From NCBI GenBank assembly GCA_963826125.1, contig CAWGVV010000002.1, positions 1,526,855 through 1,590,854 on the forward strand: 64,000 bases of DNA, in the 5' to 3' direction. Within the stretch, counting starts at the first letter, position 1. Every line of letters starts with the position of its first letter. A program made the position numbers and the translations under genes. Origin of the DNA: an uncultured delta proteobacterium. Lineage in GTDB: Bacteria; Desulfobacterota; Desulfarculia; JACQYL01; CAWGVV01. Positions 56,361-64,000 of the stretch are shown in pieces. Under the pieces are notes generated by a model. It was not told the DNA's origin and searched no databases. It saw only the letters and a list, made by a program, of their open reading frames with translations.

Positions 56361-56905
56361 AGCAGGGTATCCTCAAACTCACCGCGTCGGTGTGAGTTTT
56401 TCCTCCACCAATGGCGACAAGGTCTACCGGCACTCGATGGAATCCGCACGAGATGAATCGGATTCATTTCACTGGTCATCAGCGTCATTCGAGTGAGTAT
56501 CCGTTGAGCCGGGAGAGGGCAAGATATTAGATTTGGATAGGAAAAAAGCATTGTTCACTATTTTGTACAGCATAGTTATTCGCCCTTCCTATGTCAACAC
56601 TTTATTATCTGAACATTATTTTGTTCATATCCCTAAACGCCGAATTCTGTTATTTCCGCAAATCGAACGCAGATGACTCCCGCCGCCGATCATCCGGATT
56701 TTCAGAACTTGCGGGAAGAGGCAAGATTAGCAGCTGAAAAACGCGAATGCACAAGGTTGCGGTCAAGCAGATTGCGATACCGACCCGAAGAAGTGAAACG
56801 CCGTCCGAATCGCCCTTTTCCCGGTGGAAACATTCATGAAAAAGCACCCTTCTTTCCGATACCTGCGGATGGACATAACTCCCCGTGGACCAATACGATT
56901 TCCTC

Positions 56906-56976
56906 TTGACAAATTCGGAGTGTTATCCCAGAATGGGGATAAGTGGATGCATGTGGTGTGTGGTGGGGATAAGTAG
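56906..56976 (+). promoter_or_regulatory. candidate Pmra promoter with downstream GTGG(G) repeats (possible MraZ operator)
   Basis: TTGACA at 56906-56911, a 17-nt spacer, and CAGAAT at 56929-56934. The direct repeat GGGGATAAGT(G/A)G lies at 56935-56946 and 56965-56976, 30 bp apart. GTGG motifs lie at 56943, 56953, 56960 and 56963. Confidence 0.4.
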
Positions 56977-57093
56977 TGCTGGTCAGCTCTTCAAAACCTC
57001 CTTCGGGTGGGGGATGATTCCCTCTCATCGCCAATTCCTTATCACGAAGCACAATGGCTCGCCCCCTCCGGGGCGACATGATTCCGGGCGGTC

Positions 57094-57549
57094 ATGTTCC
57101 GAGGACGATCATATCATACTATCGACGAAAAGGGCAGAATTGCCGTTCCCGCCCGCTTTCGCGAGCCGCTCAGGAATAGTGGGGAATCCCAGGTGGTGGT
57201 CACGAACTACTCGGATTATCTCGTGGCCTTCCCTCTGCCGTTCTGGCAGGAGATAGAAGACAGTCTGAACAAGAACGTCAGCTTCCTCGACAGGCAGAGG
57301 CAGAAATTCATCCGTTTTCTCGTCGGTTCGTCCGAGGTACTCGATATCGACAAGCAGGGCCGCATCCTCATCCCACCCGCCCTTCGCGATTACGCGCATC
57401 TCACCAAGGACGTGGCCCTCGTGGGAATGGGAAACCGGTTTGAAATCTGGAACAAGGAGGCATTCGACAAGGATTTGGCGGAAGCGCTCACCCTCACCGG
57501 GGACGACGAGTCGCTGAGAGAGTTGGCGGCGTGCCTGCAGAAAGACTGA
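57094..57549 (+). CDS. mraZ: division/cell wall cluster transcriptional regulator MraZ
   Basis: MFRGRSYHTIDEKGRIAVPARFRE and the second SpoVT-AbrB repeat DKQGRILIPPALRDYA. Confidence 0.93.
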   Translation: MFRGRSYHTIDEKGRIAVPARFREPLRNSGESQVVVTNYSDYLVAFPLPFWQEIEDSLNKNVSFLDRQRQKFIRFLVGSSEVLDIDKQGRILIPPALRDYAHLTKDVALVGMGNRFEIWNKEAFDKDLAEALTLTGDDESLRELAACLQKD

Positions 57550-58484
57550 TCCAGCCCTTCCACGAACCGGTAATGGTTCGCGAGGTGCTCGAACACCTGA
57601 TCGTAAAAGGAGGTACCGTGTATGTGGACGGTACTACTGGGCAAGGCGGCCACTCCCTCCATATTCTTGGGCATACGCCCGCGAACACGCGCCTCATTTG
57701 CATCGATCGGGACGAGTCGGCGCTCGACGCGGCCCAAAAAAGGCTGGACGAACACCGGGACAGGGTGGCGTTCATCCACGGCAGCTATGCCGATCTGGGG
57801 AGCATCCTCGCCCGCTGTTCGATTCCGTCGGTTTCCGGTATCCTGCTCGACCTCGGTTTCTCCTCTTTCCAGATCGATGACCCCCGGCGCGGCATGAGCT
57901 TCCACAGCAAGGAGCCGCTTGACATGCGATACGACAGGGAGCAGGAAACCGACGCCCGCACGCTGGTCAATACCCTGTCGAAGGAAGAACTGAAGAAATT
58001 GTTTCGTACGTGGGGAGAGGAACATCGGGCGTCGTCCATTGCGGGAGCCATCGTCCGGCGGCGCGGCCGCTCCCCCATCGAAACGGCGAGCGAGTTGGCG
58101 GAGGTGGTGGAAAGCGCCGTCCCCCCCAAGGAGCGATACGGCAGGATACATCCTGCCACCAGAGTGTTTCAGGCGCTGCGCATCGCGGTCAACGGAGAAC
58201 TGGACCACGTGACCAGGTTTCTGGAAGGGTTCTCCGAATGGCTGCAACCGGGAGGAAGAGCAGTGGTGATTTCCTACCATTCCCTGGAAGACCGCGCGGT
58301 GAAAAATGCGTTCCGCTTCCTGGCTTCCCCGTGCCGCTGCCCCCGGGACCTTCCCCGCTGCGTCTGCGGGGCGCAGCCGGTGGTCAGAGTGCTCACTCCG
58401 CGGCCGATCGCACCGGGCATCGAAGAAACGGAACGAAACCCGCGGTCCCGAAGCGCACGGCTGCGTGCCGTGGAAAGGATATGA
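57531..58484 (+). CDS. rsmH: 16S rRNA (cytosine1402-N4)-methyltransferase
   Basis: HEPVMVREVLEHL, DGTTGQGGHS, LLDLGFSSFQIDDPRRGMSF, SYHSLEDRAVK, and NPRSRSARLRAVER. Confidence 0.93.
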   Translation: MPAERLIQPFHEPVMVREVLEHLIVKGGTVYVDGTTGQGGHSLHILGHTPANTRLICIDRDESALDAAQKRLDEHRDRVAFIHGSYADLGSILARCSIPSVSGILLDLGFSSFQIDDPRRGMSFHSKEPLDMRYDREQETDARTLVNTLSKEELKKLFRTWGEEHRASSIAGAIVRRRGRSPIETASELAEVVESAVPPKERYGRIHPATRVFQALRIAVNGELDHVTRFLEGFSEWLQPGGRAVVISYHSLEDRAVKNAFRFLASPCRCPRDLPRCVCGAQPVVRVLTPRPIAPGIEETERNPRSRSARLRAVERI

Positions 58485-58487
58485 CGT

Positions 58488-58835
58488 ATGTCTGCCTCGG
58501 TGGTGGCCGCACAGAAGAAAACCCTGGTCACGCGCGTACGAACCGTTTCGCAGCCCACGAGAAGGTTCGGATTGACGCTGCTGGCCGTCCTGATCATCTC
58601 CCTGTGCCTGGGCGGGTTTTTCATTAAGACCTGGATCAGTCACCAGACCGTGAGGACGGGAATCTCGATCAATGCCCTGCGGCAGGAGATACGGGCATTG
58701 GAGGAATCGCACCGACAGATGACGGTGGAACTTGCCAATCTGTCGTCGCCCATGCGTATCGAACGAATCGCCACCAAGGAACTGGGGATGAAGGCTCCCG
58801 GTCCCGAGCAGATCGTCAAGATGAAGGACCAATGA
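58488..58835 (+). CDS. ftsL: cell division protein FtsL
   Basis: 115 aa with a single TM helix then a coiled coil. Canonical position between rsmH and ftsI. Confidence 0.75.
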   Translation: MSASVVAAQKKTLVTRVRTVSQPTRRFGLTLLAVLIISLCLGGFFIKTWISHQTVRTGISINALRQEIRALEESHRQMTVELANLSSPMRIERIATKELGMKAPGPEQIVKMKDQ

Positions 58836-60859
58836 CCACGGACGAAAAGAAAATCGAACGAAGGCTGGTATGGCGGTGGCGCATCGCCTTGGCCTTCTTC
58901 GTCTTTGCGTTCCTGGGGGTGGGCTCGCGGGCGGCGTATCTGCAGGTCATCGATGCCGGCCGCCTTGATGCTCTGGCCAAAAACGAAATTTACGGAACGA
59001 TCGAAATCCTGCCCAAACGGGGGGATATCTTCGACCGCTCCGGGGGCAAGCTGGCCGCCAGCCTCAACGTGCAGTCGGTCTATGCCCAACCGAAGGAAAT
59101 CAAGGACGTACTTTCCGTCTCCAGTGGGCTGGCCCGCATCCTCACCCTGAACCAGAGCGAAGTGCTGGAAAGGCTTCGCTCCGGAAAGTCGTTCGTGTGG
59201 ATCAAGCGGAAGATCGCGCCCACTGAGGAAGCCGCGCTGCGGGAAGCGAAGCTGCCCGGGATCGGGTTCCTGCCGGAAACCAAGCGCGTGTATCCCCGCT
59301 TCACGTTGGCGGCCCACGTGTTGGGCTTCGTCGGACTCGACGGCGGGGGTCTCGAAGGATTGGAACTGAAATACGATTCATGGCTGCGGGGACGCAAACT
59401 CACCGAACAGGTGGTGCTCGACGCCCGCAAACGGGTCATCGATCAGCGGGAAAGCCGGAACGGGGACAACAGTCTGGAAGGCGCGAGCCTGGTGCTCACG
59501 CTGGACGAGTACATCCAGTATGTGGTGGAGAAGGAACTGGCGAAGGTGCGGGCGGAGCAGGAAGCCAAGGCGGCCATGGCCATTGTGGCCGATCCACGCA
59601 CGGGCAGGATTCTGGCCATGAGCGTGCAGCCGACCTTCAACCCCAACATCTTCTCCGAATACGAAACCGCGGTGCTGCGCAACAAGACGGTGACCGACTG
59701 CTTCGAACCCGGTTCAACCATGAAGGTGTTCACCGCGTCTATGGTACTTGAGAATCACGCGGCACGGCCGACCGACATGTATTTCTGTGAAAACGGAGCT
59801 TTTCGGCTGGGCAGACACACCATTCACGACACCCACAAGTACGGTTGGCTCTCCCTGCAGAAAATTATTCAGGTTTCCAGCAACATCGGCGCGCTGAAGA
59901 TCGGCCAGCAGCTCGATGCGGACGTGTTTTTCGACGGGTTGAAGAAATTCGGGTTCGGCCGCCAGCTCGGCATCGACCTTCCCGGCGAATCGCCGGGCAT
60001 CCTGCGGAACGGCGCTTCCTGGTCCATGACGGACAAGGCGGTCATCAGTTTCGGACAGGGGATTTCCGTATCCCCCTTGCAGGTGATGATGGGCATTTCG
60101 GCCATCGCCAACGGCGGCTTGTTGATGAAACCCTACCTCGTCGACCGGATCGTCTCTCCGGACGGCAAGGTCTTGCGGCAGACCGAACCCCAGGTGCTGG
60201 ACCGGGCCATCTCCAAGGAAACCGCCGCGCAGATGGCGTCCATCCTTCAACTGGTGGTGTTGGAGGGGGGTACCGGCACGCAGGCGGCCATCGAAGGGTT
60301 TGCGGTTGCGGGCAAAACGGGCACCGCTCAGAAGGTGAATCCCGGAACCAGGGGATATGCAAAATCCAAATATGTATCCTCCTTTGCCGGATTTCTGCCG
60401 GCGGACAACCCCCAACTGGCGGTGCTGGTCATGGTGGACGAGCCCAAAAAACGGTCGTACGGGGGATTGGTGGCCGCGCCCGTGTTCAAAACCATCTGCG
60501 AACAGACCATCCCCTACCTCGGCATCCGACCCACCGAAGTATTCCTCGCCCAGAAGCACCTGGAGAGGGCACTGCAGGAGGTGAAGGACGACCTGAAGAA
60601 GCCCGCGCCCAGCGCCGGGCCGTCTTCGGCCGAGGCGGCGGAGGTGGAAGCCATCAGTGACGACGAAGAAGAAACCATGCCCAACCTCGTGGGAATGGAT
60701 TTGCGCACCGCGCTTTCCTCTTTGGACGAGCTGGGATTGGACGTACAAATCGAGGGGAGCGGATACGTGGTGCGGCAACAGCCGCAGGCCGGCCAGTCCC
60801 TTACTAAAATAGAGAAGTGCAGGTTATGGCTGTCGCAAAGCAAAGGTCTGCAAAGCTGA
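58832..60859 (+). CDS. ftsI: peptidoglycan D,D-transpeptidase FtsI (class B PBP) with C-terminal PASTA domain
   Basis: PBP dimer domain, the STMK active site (PGSTMKVFT), SSN (VSSNIG) and KTGT (GKTGTAQ). PASTA segment MPNLVGMDLRTALSSLDELGLDVQIEGSGYVVRQQP. Confidence 0.92.
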   Translation: MTTDEKKIERRLVWRWRIALAFFVFAFLGVGSRAAYLQVIDAGRLDALAKNEIYGTIEILPKRGDIFDRSGGKLAASLNVQSVYAQPKEIKDVLSVSSGLARILTLNQSEVLERLRSGKSFVWIKRKIAPTEEAALREAKLPGIGFLPETKRVYPRFTLAAHVLGFVGLDGGGLEGLELKYDSWLRGRKLTEQVVLDARKRVIDQRESRNGDNSLEGASLVLTLDEYIQYVVEKELAKVRAEQEAKAAMAIVADPRTGRILAMSVQPTFNPNIFSEYETAVLRNKTVTDCFEPGSTMKVFTASMVLENHAARPTDMYFCENGAFRLGRHTIHDTHKYGWLSLQKIIQVSSNIGALKIGQQLDADVFFDGLKKFGFGRQLGIDLPGESPGILRNGASWSMTDKAVISFGQGISVSPLQVMMGISAIANGGLLMKPYLVDRIVSPDGKVLRQTEPQVLDRAISKETAAQMASILQLVVLEGGTGTQAAIEGFAVAGKTGTAQKVNPGTRGYAKSKYVSSFAGFLPADNPQLAVLVMVDEPKKRSYGGLVAAPVFKTICEQTIPYLGIRPTEVFLAQKHLERALQEVKDDLKKPAPSAGPSSAEAAEVEAISDDEEETMPNLVGMDLRTALSSLDELGLDVQIEGSGYVVRQQPQAGQSLTKIEKCRLWLSQSKGLQS

Positions 60860-62352
60860 CCGAACTGATACATGCCGGCGAAGCGCTCGAGTGGGCGGGG
60901 CCCGGTGACCTGCCCATCAGCGGAATCGCGTATCATTCCGGCCGGGTGGAGCCGGGTTGCCTGTTTGTGGCCACCCCGGGCCAGGCGGCGGACGGCCATG
61001 ACTACATCGACCGGGCATTGGAAGCCGGAGCCGCGGCCGTCGTGTATTCAAGGGAAATCCCCGTGCGACCGGGGGCGGCCATGATCCGGGTGGCGGACAC
61101 CAGGCTGGCGCTGGCCCGCTGCGCGGCCAGGTTCTACGGACACCCCTCGCGGGAGCTGACCGTGGTGGGCATCACCGGCACCAACGGCAAAACCACCACC
61201 ACCTTCCTGCTGGAGTCCATTCTGCGGCAAGCGGGGTTTTCGGTGGGCGTCATCGGGACCATCAACTATCGCTACGGCGGCAGGACGTTCAAGGCCCCCA
61301 CGACCACGCCCCAGTCCCTGGATTTGCAGCGTATGTTCCGCGAGATGCGGGAGGAGGGCGTGAGCCACGTGGTCATGGAGGTTTCCTCCCACGCGTTGGA
61401 GCAGCGACGCGTGGATGAAGTGGACTTCAAGGCCGCGGCTTTCACCAACCTCACCCACGACCATCTCGATTACCATACCGACATGGAAGATTACTTCCGG
61501 GCCAAGTTCCGTCTCTTCACCCTTTCGTCCGAAGAGGGCGGGGAACCCCCGGCGGCGGTCGTCAACGTCGACGATTCGTACGGCCGGCGCATCGTGCAGT
61601 CGTGCGGCCGACGCTGCCTGAGCTACGGGTTCGCTTCCCCGGCTGACCTTCGGGCCGAGGACGTCCGGGCCACGGCGGACGGCTTGTCGGCGACCCTTAT
61701 CGGGCCGAGCGGGACGTTTTCCGTCTCGTCCCGGCTGGTGGGGCGCATCAACGGTTACAACATCCTGGCGGCGGCCGGAGTGGCGCTTTCCCTGGGCATC
61801 TCTTCCGAAACGGTTGCGCGGGGGATCGCGGCGCTGGAATCGGTGCCGGGCAGGCTCTTTCCCGTACGGGGCGCGACCGGCGTCACGGTGTTCGTTGATT
61901 ACGCCCATACGCCCGACGCCTTGCAAAAGACGCTGGAATCGGTGAAAGCCATGGCCTCCGGCCGGGTGATCACCGTGTTCGGGTGCGGAGGCAACCGAGA
62001 CCGGACCAAACGGCCGGTCATGGGCCGCATCGCCGGGAGCCTGAGCGACGTGGCGGTGGTGACGTCGGACAACCCGCGCAACGAACGTCCCATGGACATC
62101 ATTCTGGAAATCGAAGCAGGTGTGAAAGAATCCGGCCTGGCGCGTTTCGAGGGCGGGAGGCCGTCCGGACGAGGGTATGCGGTCATTGAGGATCGAGCGG
62201 CGGCCATAGCGCGGGCCGTGGAATGGGCCCGGACCGGAGACATCGTCCTCATTGCGGGAAAAGGGCACGAAAACTATCAGATCGTGGGCTCCACGGTGCG
62301 CGATTTCGACGACGTGGTCGAGGCGCGCAAGGCCCTGGGCCAAACACTTTGA
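60826..62352 (+). CDS. murE: UDP-N-acetylmuramoyl-L-alanyl-D-glutamate--2,6-diaminopimelate ligase
   Basis: GITGTNGKTTT, the DNPR motif (VTSDNPRNE) and GKGHE. GTG 60817 is an alternative start. Confidence 0.93.
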   Translation: MAVAKQRSAKLTELIHAGEALEWAGPGDLPISGIAYHSGRVEPGCLFVATPGQAADGHDYIDRALEAGAAAVVYSREIPVRPGAAMIRVADTRLALARCAARFYGHPSRELTVVGITGTNGKTTTTFLLESILRQAGFSVGVIGTINYRYGGRTFKAPTTTPQSLDLQRMFREMREEGVSHVVMEVSSHALEQRRVDEVDFKAAAFTNLTHDHLDYHTDMEDYFRAKFRLFTLSSEEGGEPPAAVVNVDDSYGRRIVQSCGRRCLSYGFASPADLRAEDVRATADGLSATLIGPSGTFSVSSRLVGRINGYNILAAAGVALSLGISSETVARGIAALESVPGRLFPVRGATGVTVFVDYAHTPDALQKTLESVKAMASGRVITVFGCGGNRDRTKRPVMGRIAGSLSDVAVVTSDNPRNERPMDIILEIEAGVKESGLARFEGGRPSGRGYAVIEDRAAAIARAVEWARTGDIVLIAGKGHENYQIVGSTVRDFDDVVEARKALGQTL

Positions 62353-62544
62353 AAGACCCCCGGTTTGGGGGAGAGGCGCCGGAATGAAACGGACGGCCCA
62401 TACATCGGTGAGCGGTGCGTACATGCAGAATACCCCAAGTTTTTTGCATAAACGTTTCAAGGACGTACGCATCGATCGATCGTTGGGACCCGCCGATGGC
62501 CGGCGCTTCTCCCCGAACCCGGAAGCACGCGACATGGAGCGCGC

Positions 62545-63957
62545 ATGCAACTGAGCACCGCCGAAATCCTCGCGGCCGTCAACGGCAGGCCGGCGAGAGG
62601 GAATGAGTCCACGCAGTGGAGTTCCGTTTCCACGGATTCCAGGGCCGCTCTTCCCGGTGCGCTCTTTTTCGCCCTGTCGGGTGAAACGTTCGACGGCCAC
62701 GATTTCATCGAGCAGGCCGTGCGCGGGGGGGCGATGGGCGTGGTGGCGGCTTACGGCCGGTTGAGCCGGGACCGGATGAACGGTCTGCCGCCCGAAGTCG
62801 CGGTGGTGGAAGTGGACGATACCCTGCGGGCGCTGGGAGATGCGGCCGCGGCGTGGCGGCGGAAGGTGAATCCGCTGGTGATGGCGGTGACGGGCAGCGG
62901 CGGCAAGACCACTACCAAGGAGATGATTTTCTCCATCGTATCCCTTGCCCACACCACATTGAAAAACGAGGGCAATTTCAACAACCTCATCGGCCTGCCC
63001 CTCACCCTGTTCCGGCTCGAAGCGGTTCATCGCACGGCCGTGCTGGAGATGGGGATGAACATGCCGGGGGAAATCGGCCGGTTGTGCGAGATCGCCCAGC
63101 CCAACATCGGGATCATAACCAATATCCGGAGCGCCCACGTGGGGAAGTTGGGTTCCATGGAAAACGTGGCCCGAGCCAAGTGCGAGATGCTGCCCGCACT
63201 CGCCAACGGCGGCACGTTCGTGCGCAACCTGGACGACGAGTGGGTGGTGCGCGGCAGTGAAGGAAGGAAAGGCCGCACCGTCACGTACGGGACGTCCCGA
63301 GGAGCGGACGTCCGGCTGGAGTCGTGGCGGGAGCGGGGCGGAGAGGGCGGCATCGTGCGGATGGCCCTCCCCGACGGATCGGTGGACGTTGAAATGCACG
63401 CCTACGGTGCCCACAACGTCATGAACGCACTGGCCGCCGCTGCCGTTTCCTCGGCGCTGCTCATCGACGCCGATATCATCAAACGCGGATTGGAACGGTT
63501 CCGCCCGGTGGACAAACGCATGAAGCTCTACCGGCTGGCGGGCAACGTCCGGCTTATGGACGACAGCTACAACGCCAATCCCGAAGCCATGGCGCTGGCC
63601 ATCGACACCGTGGCCGGGATGCGCGGGGCCGACAAGGGCCGTTTCATCGCCGTGCTGGGAGACATGGGGGAACTGGGCGAATTCGCGGCGGAAGCTCACG
63701 CCGCTTTGGGAAGAAAAACGGCCGACGCGGGCGTGGACGAGGTGTTCTACCTCGGCTCCATGTCCGATCGTTTCGCGCGGGGAGCCGAAGAGCGGGGCAC
63801 GGCGCCGGGGCGCATTCACGCCTTCGGTGACCATACATCCCTCTCGGACGCGCTCGTCGCGGACATACGGGAAAACGACTGGATTCTGGTGAAGGCATCC
63901 CGAGCGGTAGGACTGGAACGGGTGGCCGAAGCCATACGAAAAAGCAGGGAACGCTAG
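62545..63957 (+). CDS. murF: UDP-N-acetylmuramoyl-tripeptide--D-alanyl-D-alanine ligase
   Basis: VTGSGGKTTTKEM, NNLIGLPLTL, DDSYNANP, and GDMGELG. Confidence 0.93.
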   Translation: MQLSTAEILAAVNGRPARGNESTQWSSVSTDSRAALPGALFFALSGETFDGHDFIEQAVRGGAMGVVAAYGRLSRDRMNGLPPEVAVVEVDDTLRALGDAAAAWRRKVNPLVMAVTGSGGKTTTKEMIFSIVSLAHTTLKNEGNFNNLIGLPLTLFRLEAVHRTAVLEMGMNMPGEIGRLCEIAQPNIGIITNIRSAHVGKLGSMENVARAKCEMLPALANGGTFVRNLDDEWVVRGSEGRKGRTVTYGTSRGADVRLESWRERGGEGGIVRMALPDGSVDVEMHAYGAHNVMNALAAAAVSSALLIDADIIKRGLERFRPVDKRMKLYRLAGNVRLMDDSYNANPEAMALAIDTVAGMRGADKGRFIAVLGDMGELGEFAAEAHAALGRKTADAGVDEVFYLGSMSDRFARGAEERGTAPGRIHAFGDHTSLSDALVADIRENDWILVKASRAVGLERVAEAIRKSRER

Positions 63958-64000
63958 TGCTGTATCATATCCTCTATTCGCTGCATCAATATAACTCGGT
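63957..64000 (+). CDS. mraY: phospho-N-acetylmuramoyl-pentapeptide transferase, 5' end (partial)
   Basis: A GTG overlaps the murF TAG by 1 nt. (M)LYHILYSLHQYNS resembles MraY N-termini, and the position in the dcw order is as expected. Confidence 0.6.
   Translation, partial: MLYHILYSLHQYNS

Noticed and set aside
61048-63834. 928-aa ORF on the - strand
   Set aside because: Antisense to murE and murF, both with full Mur-ligase motifs. It even spans their intergenic gap, which a real gene would be unlikely to do.

Overview
High-GC (spot counts about 57-65% G+C) chromosomal segment. The gene content suggests a Desulfobacterota/deltaproteobacterium-like anaerobe: a DsrMK-like redox pair, rubrerythrins, many PAS/GAF histidine kinases and chemoreceptors. 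Most of the window is ordinary core genome. It holds an amino-acid ABC transporter, an Ada-AlkA/Ogt alkylation-repair operon, a three-gene phosphorelay, ptsP, mltG, ssb, tatA and a csoR-copZ-copA copper operon. It also holds two MCPs, an ispH fusion, dusB, cobU-cobT-cobS, a CoA-transferase, rubrerythrin, a beta-CASP RNase, ychF and the start of the dcw cluster (mraZ-rsmH-ftsL-ftsI-murE-murF-mraY'). I found no rRNA, tRNA, CRISPR array, integrase or transposase. Six things stand out. (1) The ogt gene has an in-frame TGA exactly at the catalytic Cys (IVP-TGA-HRLIG) with a hairpin just downstream, so it is a candidate selenocysteine alkyltransferase. (2) A low-GC islet (about 11.1-14.4 kb) encodes a KirBac-like K+ channel directly upstream of an AIPR-family abortive-infection protein. 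This is a candidate two-gene defence module. (3) A very low-GC islet (about 1.8-2.85 kb) encodes an orphan HExxH (ImmA/IrrE/Lit-like) metallopeptidase. (4) Both islets begin right after diverged copies of the same ~300-bp module, which is the 3' end of the ABC ATPase gene plus its downstream spacer. (5) A low-GC GIY-YIG gene flanked by inverted copies of a dispersed 28-nt repeat splits the cob operon. (6) A ~160-bp, ~90% polypurine tract and clusters of palindromic repeat families fill the ychF upstream spacer. Long ORFs antisense to recognised genes are treated as GC-driven artefacts.
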